Notes under the pieces: generated by a model
What the model was told of the DNA's origin: nothing
The model's database searches: none
What the model saw: only the letters and a program-made list of their open reading frames with translations
Position numbers and translations under genes: made by a program
Assembly: GCF_964204645.1 (NCBI RefSeq)
Contig: NW_027437464.1
Coordinates: 1 to 64,000 of the forward strand
Length of the DNA: 64,000 nucleotides
Source of the DNA: Tubulanus polymorphus
Lineage: Eukaryota; Animalia; Nemertea
Direction: 5' to 3'
Part shown: piece after piece, positions 41,513 to 56,899 of the stretch
How positions within the stretch are numbered: position 1 is the stretch's first letter
Layout: the number at the start of each line of letters is the position of its first letter

Positions 41513-42249
41513 CTATTAAAAGAAAGAAAATTCATTTATTTCTATATTTGGTTTAGGTTAAAAAATGATACTTTGTTTCTCTGCAGCTGCCGGGAAATAG
41601 TGTAAATTCCAATAAAATTTGTAATCAGTTCATTTCTATAGCTGCAGGGTCTATAATTGTATGCCTGATAGTGATTAGAAAAATAATGTACTGGGTAGAT
41701 AGGCTGCAGGGTAAATTAACTTTAAGCTAGGTAGAGTGGAGAAACAAGGTATCATTTTTTCCCTTAATTGACCAATTTGAATACATGACCCGTCAAATTA
41801 TATAAAACATACGTGCACAGTCAAAGTGGGAGGCACTACTTGTTCAGGTACTTGAGCTATTTAAATTAACCTTTTTGAAAGTAAGCTACCTGGGTAGGGA
41901 TATCAAAATTGTGACATTGAAACTCGGGAAGTGCACTATTATATTGTATGTATATTAAACATCGCCTCAGCCTGGCAGCATATCGAAAAAGGTATGACCT
42001 TTAAACTTTATATATTCTTTATGATATACTAGTAAAACTAAACTGCTTTCAAATGTTATTACGGTTAATTTCAACCATTGATATTTAGCACTGCTTGGTG
42101 GCCATGATGAATAATGCATCCCTGTAAAACTTGATGTACATGTTCATAGGGACATAATCTGCAACTTTGCACTACATCATAATATTGAATTTCGACCCGA
42201 GAATAATCTGAAGAATATGTATTGGTTATGTTTTAAATTACAATTGCTC

Positions 42250-45200
42250 ATGTGACCTTGAAACTCAGGACGGCCATGTTGCATCCGATTGACCCAAAAT
42301 CTCTCTCATGCTGACGCACCCTTCAGGAATGCAATCTGATAGATCAAGCAGAGTGTCCTCAATATTTCCCTTGAAAACTTCAAAAATAAGTAAAAAATGC
42401 TGATTTCAGCAAACAAAAAATGGCCGCCAGTCAACCATGTTGATTCTGACTAAGCTAGTATTTTGTAAAAAAGTGTATCTAGGGTAGATACATGTATATA
42501 AATAAATTATATCAATTGCATTAATATATTTTTATAAATGATATAGGGCCTATTACATTTTATAGATTATAGATTATAGATTGTACCTATCTATTGGGTC
42601 AATCAAACAGATGGTTTCCTCTGTAATAACTAATACATTCCACATGATAGTTTGTACCGACCTGTTGGGCCCTAATAATACAAAATAATCCATATGATAG
42701 ATTTGACCAGACCAATCTAACTTTGGGTTTACTGTGTTATAAATACATTCTATCATAGATTTCCCTCAAACGGGGCATGTGAAAAATAATATATATTCAG
42801 TATGAATATAGACTTTAACAAACATATTGGGTCCCTCAAGGTGATTAGTAAGTACTTGGTGAAATACCTGACAATCTGCAAATGTCAAGAATTACCATTA
42901 CGATAGAGCATTTCATGCACTGGCACAACTTGCAATTTCTTGTGGTAATAACGTCACATTTTTTGGTACAAAAAGGTCACAGGACGGCCATCTTGTATCC
43001 GATTTTCCCAAAATCTCTCTCATGCTGACGCACCATTCAGGAATACAATCTGATAGATCAAGTAGAGTGTCCTCAAAATTTCCCATGAAAACTTCAAAAA
43101 TAAGTAAACTAGCAGTCCAGTGACACCATGCCAGGTAGTTTCAAATGCTCAACAATCTAACAATTTCAATATTCAGCGCCCCTGGTAACCAGATACAAAA
43201 ACCAATGACCCTGAAACTCACCACAATCAATTAGAATAAGTCAACAGCTACGATTTTGTAATTGATTGTGATAACAAAATATGCCTCGTTACCGATTTAA
43301 TATGGAAATACTAAGTTATTCTACTATTCAATGCCCCCTGGTGACCATATGCAAAACCCAATGACCTCGAAACTCACCACAATCAAAGAACATGTCATGA
43401 ACTACAACTTTGCAATTGATCATGGTAACAAAATATGCCTAGATACCAATCTATAAGGAAATACTAAGTTATTCTACTATTCAACGCCCCTGGTGACCAT
43501 ATATAATAACTCATGTCCTTAAAACTCACCACATACATAGACGATGTCATGAGCTATAACTTTGCAATTAATTGTGGTAACAAAATATGCATAGGTACAG
43601 ACATAATATAGAAATACTAAGTTATTGTATTATTTAACGCCCCCTGGTGACCATATACAAAAACCGATGACCTTGAAGCTAACCAAAATCATAGAACACC
43701 TTATGAGCTACAACTTTCAATAGATTGTGGTAATACAATATGTTTAGGTATCAATATAATGTCGAAAATGGAAAATTTTGATAATTAAGGGATAGGAGCA
43801 CCCTTAATACGACCAGTCAAACTGCGCAGTATTAATAAACCATCGTTTTTATATCCACTTTACACTGTATTGAAGGATTGCCAAAAAGTTTTCATTTTCG
43901 CATGTTGAAATGAGAAAAAATAAGCCATTTTTGAAATTCTAACAATATGCGTCCTGAGTTTCCATACCTACGAACCATTGATTTTTGATGATTTGATTAT
44001 AATTTCAAATGGTAGGCGCGGAAACATATTGTTAAAATTGATTTACGGTCAACCCCCAATATAACAGTTTCACTGGTAGTATGAAGATCAAATTCAGGTA
44101 TGTGTTCAAAAGTTTTAGAGAAATATCCCAAAAAAATTGACTTTCGTTCCCTAGTGGGCTAAAAAGGTATGAAATAACTAAACTGATTTACCATCAGTTG
44201 CGGAAAGTTGACTCATATCTACCATAAGACTCTCTCTATGTGATTCAACTGCGGATTGATTGGAATCTTTCACACCAATTGTATCGAACTTGGTGGTCCA
44301 TTTTCCTGTGAAAATTAAAAATATGAACATGCATAAGCAATTGAGTAGTGGTTGAAATTGAGACCAAAATTGATATTTTTTGGGTACGAAAAAAGGTCAC
44401 AGGACGGCCATCTTGCGTCCGATTGACCAAAAATTTCTCTCATGCCGATGCACCCTTCGGGTATACAATCTGATAGATCAAGGTAATTGATCAGAGTCTT
44501 CAAAATTCCCTTGAAAACTTCAACTAGGGGTCCAGGGACACCATGCCCACTTGGGAAGTGGTTCCAAATGCTCAACAATCTAACAATTTCAATATTCAAC
44601 GCCCCCTGGCAACCATATACAAAAACCAATGACCTTGAAACTCACCACAATCATAGAACATGTCAGCAGCTACGATTTTGTAATTGATTGTGATAACAAA
44701 ATATGCCTCGTTACCAATTTGATATGGAAATACTAAGTTATTCTACTATTCAACGCCCCCTGGAGACCATATTCAAAACCCAATGACATCAAAACTTACC
44801 ACAATCATAGAACATGTCATGAACTACAACTTTGCAATTGATCATGGTAACAAAATATGCCTAGGTACCAATATAATAAGGAAATATAGAAAAACTAATG
44901 TCCTTAAAACTCACAACAATCATAGATGATGTCATGAGCTACAACTTTCCAATTGATTGTGGTTACAAAATATACATAGGTACAAATATAATAAAGAAAT
45001 GCTAAGATATTGTATTATTCAACGCCCCCTGGTGGCCATATACAAAATCTAATTACCTTGCAACACACCATAATCATAGAACATGTTATGAGCTACAACT
45101 TTCTAATTGAATGTGGTACCAAAATACGCTTAGGTATCAATATAATGTGGAAAAACTTTTTCCCATTTACGAATGAGTACTGGTGAGACCAAGATGGCCG

Positions 45201-48200
45201 CCAATTGCGTCATAATTGGCTGATGAAAAATACCTGTCTCAGGTATAAAACATCCCTTTCCAAAGAATACCCATCACAAATTGCAATGAGAAATGGCAAA
45301 CCAGTAGGAAGCTACAGGACTCAGAATTCGGGCAAAAATTAACATTTTTGGGCACTAAAAAGGTCATAGGACGGCCATCTCGAGTCCGACCGACCCAATT
45401 TTTGTTATGTTGATGGGCCCTGGGGGGATTCACATATATCCGAAAGATCAAGGTAATTGATCGATGCGTCTTCAAAATTTCTCTCAAAAAGATCAAAAAT
45501 GTGTAAAAAGTGCTGATTTTGGCGAACAACAATGGCTGCCAGTCGGCCATCTTGATTCTGACAGGGCCAGTTTTTGGGCTGAAGATGTGTCTAGGGTAGA
45601 TACATGTGTATCCCAAATATCAAGACGTTACCTTGAAGCGTCTTCAAAACTTCCCAAAATAACTGGATTCCGTCTACAGACGGACGGACAGACGACGGAC
45701 GAAAAGTGAACGCAATAGCCCGCTGGGACTAAAGTCCCAAGTGGGCTAAAAATGAGTAAGAAAGTGCTGATTTCAGCAAACAGAAATGGCCACCAGTCAA
45801 CCATGTTAATTCTGACCAAGCTCAGTTTTTGGGCAGAAGATGTATCTAGGGTAGATACATGTATATAAATACATTAAATCAATTACATTAATATATTTCT
45901 ATAAATGATAATGGGCCTATTACATTTTATAGATTGTACCTATCTATTGGGTCCATCAAACAGCTGGTTGCCTGTGTAATAACTAATACATTCCACATGA
46001 TAGATTGTACCGACCTATTGGGTCCTTTGTCTTATAGTACATAATAATCCACATGATAGATTTTACCAGACCAATCTAACTGTGGGTTTTCTGTGTTAAA
46101 ACAATACATTCTATAATAGATTTCCCTCAATTCGGGGATTCCTATGTGATGAATAATATACATTAATATACATTAATGTTTTGAACACATACGTCTAATT
46201 GGTTTTAATACGACCAGTGAAACCGTGCAGTTTTAATAAACCATTGTTTTTATATCCATTTTACGCTGTATTGAAGGATTGCCAAAAAGTTTTCATTTTC
46301 GCATGTTGAAATGAGAAAAAATAAGCCATTTTTGAAATTCTAACAATATGCGTCCTGAGTTTCCATGCCTACGAACCATTGATTTTTGATGATTTGATTA
46401 TAATTTCAAATGGTAAGCACGGAAACATATTGTTAAAATTGATTTACAGTCAACCCCCAATATAACAGTTTCACTGGTAGTATGAAGCTAAATTCAGGTA
46501 GGCCTACAATGTGTTCAAAAGTTTTAGAGAAATATCCAAAATAATCGACTTTCGGTCTAAAGTCCCTAGTGGGCTAAAAAGGTATGAAATAACTAAACTG
46601 ATTTACCATCAGTTGCGGAAAGTTGACTCGTATCTGTCATAAGACTCTCTCTATATGATTCAACTGCGGATTGATTGGAATCTCTCACACCAATTGTATC
46701 GAACTCGGTGGTCCATCTTCCTGTGAAAATTAAAAATATGAACATGCATAAGCAATTGAGTAGTGGTTGAAATTGAGACAAAAATTGACATTTTTTGGGT
46801 ACGAAAAAAGGTCACAGGACGGCCATCTTGCGTCCGATTGACCCAAAATTTCTCTCATGCCGATGCACCCTTCGGGTATAGAATCTGATAGATCAAGGTA
46901 ATTAATCAGAATCTTCAAAATTCCCTTGAAAACTTCAAAAATGAGTAAGAAAGTGCTGATTTCAGCGAACAAAAATGGCAACTAGTCAACCATGTTGATT
47001 CTGACCAAGCTCAGTTTTTGGGCAGAAGATGTATCTAGGGTAGATACATGTATATAAATACATTAAATCAATTACATTAATATATTTCTATAAATGATAA
47101 TGGGCCTATTACATTTTATAGATTGTACCTATCTATTGGGTCCATCAAACAGCTGGTTTCCTGTGTAATAACTAATACATTCCACATGATAGATTGTACC
47201 GACCAATTGGGTCCTTTGTCTTATAGTACATAATAATCCATATGATAGATTTTACCAGACCAATCTAACTGTGGGTTTCCTGTGTTATAATAATACATTC
47301 TGTCATAGATTTCCCTCAAACTGGGGGATTCCTATGTGATAAATATTTTATATTCAGCATGATAGACTTTAACAAACATAATGGGTCCTTCAAGGTGATT
47401 AGTTAGTACTTGGTGAAATACTGAACAATCTGGAAATGTCAAGAATCACCATTACCATAGGGCATTTCATGCACTGGCACAACATGCAATTGTTTGTGGT
47501 AACAACGTCATATGTCTAGGTACTAATATACTGTAGTACCATATTCTTCGGCTAATTTACGCCACCGGTGAACATAAACAATGCCTAGAAACTCACCACA
47601 ATCTTAGGGCAATTCATGTTAGAGCAAGTCATGAGGCCAAGTTATTTACTGCGAATGAGAGAAATTGAGATAAATGATCGAAGCGTTTTCAATATTTCCC
47701 ATGAAAACTTGAACTAGGGGTCCAGGGACACCATGCCCACTTGAGAAATGTTTCCGTATGCTCAACAATCTAACAATTTCAATATTCAACGCCCCCTGGT
47801 GACCATATACAAAAACCAATGGCCTTGAAACTCACCACAATCATGGTACATGTCAGGAGGAATGATTTCATGGATTGTGATGACAAAATATGCCTTGTTA
47901 CCAATTTAATATGGAAATACTAGATCATAGAACATGTCATGAACTAAAACTTTCTAATTGATCATGGTAACAAAATAAGCCTAGGTACCAATATAAGGAA
48001 ATACTAAGTTATTCTACTATTCAATGCCTCTTGGTGACCATATAGAATAACTAATGTCCTTAAAACTTGCCACAATCATAGACAATGTCATGAGCTACAA
48101 CTTTGCAATTGATTGTGGTTACAAAATATGCATTGATACGAATATAATATGGAAGATATTGTATTATTCAATGCACACTGGGCCATATACAAAACCAATG

Positions 48201-51200
48201 ACCTTGAAACTCACCACAATCATAGATCATGTTATGAGCTACAACTTTCTTATTGATTGTGGTAACAAAATACGCCTAGGTATCAATATAATGTGAAAAA
48301 TTTTTTTCCCACCTAGGAATGAGTACTGATTCTTGATTCTGACAGGGCCAGTTTTGGGGCTGAAGATGTGTCTAGGGTAGATACATGTGTAACCTAAATA
48401 TCAAGACATTACATTGAAGCGTCTTCAAAACTTCCCAAAATAACTGGATTCCGTCTACGGACGGACGTACGCTACGACGGACAATGGACGAAAAGTGAAC
48501 GCAATAGCCCACTGGGACTAAAGTCCCAAGTGGGCTAAAAAGGTTCAAACAATGTCTAAAAGTGCTGATTTCAAAATGTATCAGAATAACTGGATTCTGT
48601 CAAGCTCGGGACAATGACACAAAGCGGATGCGATAACCCGCTTAAGTCCATTTCATGTGGCTAAAAAGGTATGAAATAACTAAACTGATTTACCATCGGT
48701 TGTGGAAAGTCGACTCATATCTGTCATAAGACTCTCTCTATGTGATTCAACTGCAGATTGATTGGCATCTTTCACACCAATTTGTATCGAACTCGGTGGT
48801 CCATCTTCCTGTAAAAATCAAAAATATGAACATGCATAAGCAATTGAGTAGTGGTTGAAATTGAGACCAAAATTGACATTTTTTGGGTACGATAAAAGGT
48901 CACAGGACGGCCATCTTGCATCCGATTGACCCAAAATTTCTCTCATGCCGATGCACCCTTCGGGTATACAATCTGATAGATCAAGGTAATTGATCAGAAT
49001 CTTCAAAATTCCCTTGAAAACTTCAAAAATGAGTAAGAAAGTGCTGATTTCAGCGAACAAAAAAGGCCACCAGTCAACCATGTTGATTCTGACCAAGCTC
49101 AGTTTTTGGGCAGAAGATGTATCTAGGGTAGATGCATGTATATAAATACATTAAATCAATTAAATTAATATATTTCTATGAATGATATAGGGCCCATTAC
49201 ATTTTATAGATTGAACCAATCTATTGGGTCCATGAAACAGCTGGTTTCCTGTGTAATAACTAATACATTCCACATGATAGATTGTACCGACCTATTGGGT
49301 CATTTGTCTTATAGTACATAATAATCCATATGATAGATTTTACCAGACCAATCTAACTGTGGGTTTCCTGTGTTATAATAATACATTCTGTCATAGATTT
49401 CCCTCAAACTGGGGGATTCCTATGTGATAAATATTTTATATTCAGCATGATAGACTTTAACAAACATAATGGGTCCTTCAAGGTGATTAGTTAGTACTTG
49501 GTGAAATACTGAACAATCTGGAAATGTCAAGAATCACCATTACCATAGGGCATTTCATGCACTGGCACAACATGCAATTGTTTGTGGTAACAACGTCATA
49601 TGTCTAGGTACTAATATACTGTAGTACCATATTCTTCGGCTAATTTACGCCACCGGTGAACATAAACAATGCCTAGAAACTCACCACAATCTTAGGGCAA
49701 TTCATGTTAGAGCAAGTCATGAGGCCAAGTTATTTACTGCGAATGAGAGAAATTGAGATAAATGATCGAAGCGTTTTCAATATTTCCCATGAAAACTTGA
49801 ACTAGGGGTCCAGGGACACCATGCCCACTTGAGAAATGTTTCCGTATGCTCAACAATCTAACAATTTCAATATTCAACGCCCCCTGGTGACCATATACAA
49901 AAACCAATGGCCTTGAAACTCACCACAATCATGGTACATGTCAGGAGGAATGATTTCATGGATTGTGATGACAAAATATGCCTTGTTACCAATTTAATAT
50001 GGAAATACTAGATCATAGAACATGTCATGAACTAAAACTTTCTAATTGATCATGGTAACAAAATAAGCCTAGGTACCAATATAAGGAAATACTAAGTTAT
50101 TCTACTATTCAATGCCTCTTGGTGACCATATAGAATAACTAATGTCCTTAAAACTTGCCACAATCATAGACAATGTCATGAGCTACAACTTTGCAATTGA
50201 TTGTGGTTACAAAATATGCATTGATACGAATATAATATGGAAGATATTGTATTATTCAATGCACACTGGGCCATATACAAAACCAATGACCTTGAAACTC
50301 ACCACAATCATAGATCATGTTATGAGCTACAACTTTCTTATTGATTGTGGTAACAAAATACGCCTAGGTATCAATATAATGTGGAAAATTTTTTTCCCAC
50401 CTAGGAATGAGTACTGATTCTTGATTCTGACAGGGCCAGTTTTGGGGCTGAAGATGTGTCTAGGGTAGATACATGTGTAACCTAAATATCAAGACATTAC
50501 ATTGAAGCGTCTTCAAAACTTCCCAAAATAACTGGATTCCGTCTACGGACGGACGTACGCTATGACGGACAATGGACGAAAAGTGAACGCAATAGCCCAC
50601 TGGGACTAAAGTCCCAAGTGGGCTAAAAAGGTTCAAACAATGTCTAAAAGTGCTGATTTCAAAATGTATCAGAATAACTGGATTCTGTCAAGCTCGGGAC
50701 AATGACACAAAGCGGATGCGATAACCCGCTTAAGTCCATTTCATGTGGCTAAAAAGGTATGAAATAACTAAACTGATTTACCATCGGTTGTGGAAAGTCG
50801 ACTCATATCTGTCATAAGACTCTCTCTATGTGATTCAACTGCAGATTGATTGGCATCTTTCACACCAATTTGTATCGAACTCGGTGGTCCATCTTCCTGT
50901 AAAAATCAAAAATATGAACATGCATAAGCAATTGAGTAGTGGTTGAAATTGAGACCAAAATTGACATTTTTTGGGTACGATAAAAGGTCACAGGACGGCC
51001 ATCTTGCATCCGATTGACCCAAAATTTCTCTCATGCCGATGCACCCTTCGGGTATACAATCTGATAGATCAAGGTAATTGATCAGAATCTTCAAAATTCC
51101 CTTGAAAACTTCAAAAATGAGTAAGAAAGTGCTGATTTCAGCGAACAAAAAAGGCCACCAGTCAACCATGTTGATTCTGACCAAGCTCAGTTTTTGGGCA

Positions 51201-54200
51201 GAAGATGTATCTAGGGTAGATGCATGTATATAAATACATTAAATCAATTAAATTAATATATTTCTATGAATGATATAGGGCCCATTACATTTTATAGATT
51301 GAACCAATCTATTGGGTCCATGAAACAGCTGGTTTCCTGTGTAATAACTAATACATTCCACATGATAGATTGTACCGACCTATTGGGTCATTTGTCTTAT
51401 AGTACATAATAATCCATATGATAGATTTTACCAGACCAATCTAACTGTGGGTTTCCTGTGTTATATTAATACATTCTGTCATAGATTTCCCTCAAACTGG
51501 GGGATTCCTATGTGATAAATATTTTATATTCAGCATGATAGACTTTAACAAACATAATGGGTCCTTCAAGGTGATTAGTTAGTACTTGGTGAAATACTGA
51601 ACAATCTGGAAATGTCAAGAATCACCATTACCATAGGGCATTTCATGCACTGGCACAACATGCAATTGTTTGTGGTAACAACGTCATATGTCTAGGTACT
51701 AATATACTGTAGTACCATATTCTTCGGCTAATTTACGCCACCGGTGAACATAAACAATGCCTAGAAACTCACCACAATCTTAGGGCAATTCATGTTAGAG
51801 CAAGTCATGAGGCCAAGTTATTTACTGCGAATGAGAGAAATTGAGATAAATGATCGAAGCGTTTTCAATATTTCCCATGAAAACTTGAACTAGGGGTCCA
51901 GGGACACCATGCCCACTTGAGAAATGTTTCCGTATGCTCAACAATCTAACAATTTCAATATTCAACGCCCCCTGGTGACCATATACAAAAACCAATGGCC
52001 TTGAAACTCACCACAATCATGGTACATGTCAGGAGGAATGATTTCATGGATTGTGATGACAAAATATGCCTTGTTACCAATTTAATATGGAAATACTAGA
52101 TCATAGAACATGTCATGAACTAAAACTTTCTAATTGATCATGGTAACAAAATAAGCCTAGGTACCAATATAAGGAAATACTAAGTTATTCTACTATTCAA
52201 TGCCTCTTGGTGACCATATAGAATAACTAATGTCCTTAAAACTTGCCACAATCATAGACAATGTCATGAGCTACAACTTTGCAATTGATTGTGGTTACAA
52301 AATATGCATTGATACGAATATAATATGGAAAGATATTGTATTATTCAATGCACACTGGGCCATATACAAAACCAATGACCTTGAAACTCACCACAATCAT
52401 AGATCATGTTATGAGCTACAACTTTCTTATTGATTGTGGTAACAAAATACGCCTAGGTATCAATATAATGTGGAAAATTTTTTTCCCACCTAGGAATGAG
52501 TACTGATGACACCAAGATGGCCGCCAATTGCGTCATAATTGGCTGATCAAAAATACCTGTCTCAGGTATAAAACATCCCTTTCTTAAGAATACCCATCAC
52601 AAATTGCAATGAGAAATGGCAAACAAGTAGGAAGCTACAGGACTCGGAATTCAGGCCAAAATTGACATTTTTTGGCATTAAAAAAGGTCATAGGATGGCC
52701 ATCTTGAGTTCGATCGACCCAATTTTTGTTATGCTGATGGGCCCTGGGGGGATGCACATACATCCGAAAGATCAAAAAGTTCCCTCAAAAAGTTAAAAAA
52801 TGTGTAAAAAGTGTTGATTTTGGCGAACATCAATGGCTGCCAGTCGGCCATCTTGATTCTGACAGGGCCAGTTTTGGGGCTGAAGATGTGTCTAGGGTAG
52901 ATACACGTGTAACCCAAATATCAAGACATTACATTGAAGCGTCTTCAAAACTTCCCAAAATAACTGGATTCCGTCTACGGACGGACGTACGCTATGACGG
53001 ACAATGGACGAAAAGTGAACGCAATAGCCCACTGGGACTAAAGTCCCAAGTGGGCTAAAAAGGTTCAAACAATGTCTAAAAGTGCTGATTTCAAAATGTA
53101 TCAGAATAACTGGATTCTGTCAAGCTCGGGACAATGACACAAAGCGGATGCGATAACCCGCTTAAGTCCATTTCATGTGGCTAAAAAGGTATGAAATAAC
53201 TAAACTGATTTACCATCGGTTGTGGAAAGTCGACTCATATCTGTCATAAGACTCTCTCTATGTGATTCAACTGCAGATTGATTGGCATCTTTCACACCAA
53301 TTTGTATCGAACTCGGTGGTCCATCTTCCTGTAAAAATCAAAAATATGAACATGCATAAGCAATTGAGTAGTGGTTGAAATTGAGACCAAAATTGACATT
53401 TTTTGGGTACGATAAAAGGTCACAGGACGGCCATCTTGCATCCGATTGACCCAAAATTTCTCTCATGCCGATGCACCCTTCGGGTATACAATCTGATAGA
53501 TCAAGGTAATTGATCAGAATCTTCAAAATTCCCTTGAAAACTTCAAAAATGAGTAAGAAAGTGCTGATTTCAGCGAACAAAAAAGGCCACCAGTCAACCA
53601 TGTTGATTCTGACCAAGCTCAGTTTTTGGGCAGAAGATGTATCTAGGGTAGATGCATGTATATAAATACATTAAATCAATTAAATTAATATATTTCTATG
53701 AATGATATAGGGCCCATTACATTTTATAGATTGAACCTATCTATTGGGTCCATGAAACAGCTGGTTTCCTGTGTAATAACTAATACATTCCACATGATAG
53801 ATTGTACCGACCTATTGGGTCATTTGTCTTATAGTACATAATAATCCATATGATAGATTTTACCATCAGACCAATCTAACTCTGGGTTTCCTGTGTTATA
53901 ACAATACATTCTATCATAGATTTCCCTCAATTCGGGGATTCCTATGTGATGAATAATATACATTAATAGGCCTATACATTAATGTTTTGAACACATACGC
54001 CTAATTGGTTTTAATACGACCAGTGAAACTGTGCAGTTTTAATAAACCATTGTTTTTATATCCATTTTACGCTGTATTGAAAGATTGCCAAAAAGTTTTC
54101 ATTTTCGCATGTTGAAATGAGAAACTAGGGGTCCAGGGACACCATGCCCACTTGGGAAATGGTTTCAAATGCTCAACAATCTAACAATTTCAATATTCAA

Positions 54201-56899
54201 CGCCCCCTGGTGACCATTTACAAAAACCAACGACCTTGAAACTCACCAAAATCATAGAACATGTCAGCAGCTACGATTTTGTAATTGATTGTGATAACAA
54301 AATATGCCTCGTTACCAATTTAGTATGGAAATACTAAGTCATTCTACTATTCAACGCCCCCTGGTGACCATATTCAAAACCCAATGACCTCGAAACTCAC
54401 CACAATCATAGAACATGTCATGAACTACAACTTTGCAATTGATCATGGTAACAAAATATGCCTAGGAGCGAACTCTTTTATCAGATCGGAGAATCCGTTT
54501 GCCTCCAATCGTACTCTTTTATTGGTCACGTGACTTTTTGGAGTCTCCGAAACCTCCTTTCTGTCGAGGTGGTGTGATTCGGATTTTGTGTGGAGCCAAC
54601 CGGAGATTTCGGACGGAGACTTCGGAGGTCATAAAAGAGTACGCCCTTGGTACCAATATAATAAGGAAATACTAAGTTATTCTACTATTCAACGCCCCCT
54701 GGTGACCATATAGAAAAACTAATGTCCTTAAAACTCACAACAATCATAGATGATGTCATGAGCTACAACTTTCCAATTGATTGTGGTTACAAAATATGCA
54801 TAGGTACGAATATAATAAAGAAATGCTAAGATATTGTATTATTCAACGCCCCCTGGTGGCCATATACGAAATCCAATTACCTTGAAACTCACCACAATCA
54901 TAGAACACGTTATGAGCTACAACTTTCTAATTGATTGTGGTAGCAAAATACGCTTAGGTATCAATATAATGTGGAAAAACTTTTTCCCACTTACGAATGA
55001 GTACTGGTGACACCAAGATGGCCGCCAATTGTGTCATAATTGGCTGATGAAAAATACCTGTCTGAGGTATAAAACATCCCTTTCCAAAGAATACCCATCA
55101 CAAATTGCATTGAGAAATGGTAAACCAGTAGGAAGCTACAGGACTCAGAATTCGGGCAAAAATTAACATTTTTGGGCACTAAAAAGGTCATAGGACGGCC
55201 ATCTTGAGTCCGACCGACCCAATTTTTGTTTCGTTGATGGGCCCTGGGGGGATTCATATATATCCGAAAGATCAAGGTAATTGATCGAAGCGTCTTCAAA
55301 ATTTCCCTCAAAAAGTTCAAAAATGTGTAAAAAGTGCTGATTTTGGCGAACAACAATGGCTGCCAGTCAGCCATCTTGATTCTGACAGGGTCAGTTTTTG
55401 GGCTGAAGATGTGTCTAGGGTAGATACACGTGTAACCCAAATATCAAGACGTTACCTTGAAGCGTCTTCAAAACTTACTGGATTCCGTCTACGGACGGAC
55501 GGACGGACGGACGAAAAGTGAACGCAATAGCCCGCTGGGACTCCCAAGTAGGCTAAAAATAAGCCATTTTTGAAATTCTAACAATATGCGTCCTGAGTTT
55601 CCATGCCTACGAACCATTGATTTTTGATGATTTGATTATAATTTCAAATGGTAGGCACAGAAACATATTGTTAAAATTGATTTACAGTCAACCCACAATA
55701 TACCAGTTTCACTGGTAGTATGATGATCAAATTCAGGTAGGCCTACAGTATGTGTTCAAAAGTTTTAGAGAAATATCCCAAATAATCGACTTTCGGTCTA
55801 AAGTCCCTAGTGGGCTAAAAAGGTATGAAATAACTAAACTGATTTACCATCGGTCTCGGAAAGTTGACTCGTATCTACCATAAGACTCTCTCTATGTGAT
55901 TCAACTGCGGATTGATTGGAATCTTCCACACCAATTGTATCGAACTCGGTGGTCAATTTTCCTGCGAAAATTAAAAATATGAACATGCATAAGCAATTGA
56001 GTAGTGGTTGAAATTGAGACAAAAATTGATATTTTTTGGGTACGAAAAAAGGTCACAGGATGGCCATCTTGCATCCGATTGACCCAAAATTTCTCTCATG
56101 CTGATGGAACCTTCGAGTACACGATCTGATAGATCAAGGTAATTCGATCAGTGTCTTCAAAATTCCCTTGAAAACTTCAAAAATGAGTAGGAAAGTGCTG
56201 ATTTCAGCGAACAAAAATGGCCACCAGTCAACCATGTTGATTCTGACCAAGCTCAGTTTTTGGGTACAAGATGTATCTAGGGTAGATACATGTATATAAA
56301 TACATTAAATCAATTACATTAATATATTTCTATAAATGATAATGGGCCTATTACATTTTATAGATTGTACCTATCTATTGGGTCGATCAAACAGCTGGTT
56401 TCCTGTGTAATAACTAATACATTCCACATGATAGATTGTACCGACCTATTGGGTCCTTTGTCTTATAGTACATAATAATCCATATGATAGATTTTACCAG
56501 ACCAATCTAACTGTGGGTTTGCTGTGTAATAACAATACATTCTATCATAGATTTCCCTCAATTTGGGGATTCCTAGGTGATGAATTATATACATTCAATA
56601 TGATAGACTTTAACAAACATTGGGCCTAATGGGTCCTTTTAGGTGATTAGTTAGTACTTGGTGGAAATGTCAATGTCAATCTGTCATGTTGACTCATCTG
56701 TCATGTCTCTCCATGTGGTTAACCTGTGGATTGATTGGAATCTTCTGCACGACTCGTACCGAACGTGGTGGTCCATCTTCCTATGAAAATAAAAAATATG
56801 AACATGCATAAGCAATTGAGTAGTAGGCCTAGTTGAAATTGAGGCCAAAATTGACATTTTTTTGGTACAAAATAGGAAACAGAACGGCCATCTTGCATC
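42250..56899 (-). repeat. Higher-order HINE-derived array (copy 2)
   Basis: Same modules. Periods 2088, 2088 and 2432 bp (marker ORFs at 46730, 48818, 50906, 53338). Confidence 0.85.
54466..54646 (+). mobile_element. 181-bp Harbinger-like MITE (copy 2)
   Basis: Duplicate of 24828-25008. Confidence 0.85.
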
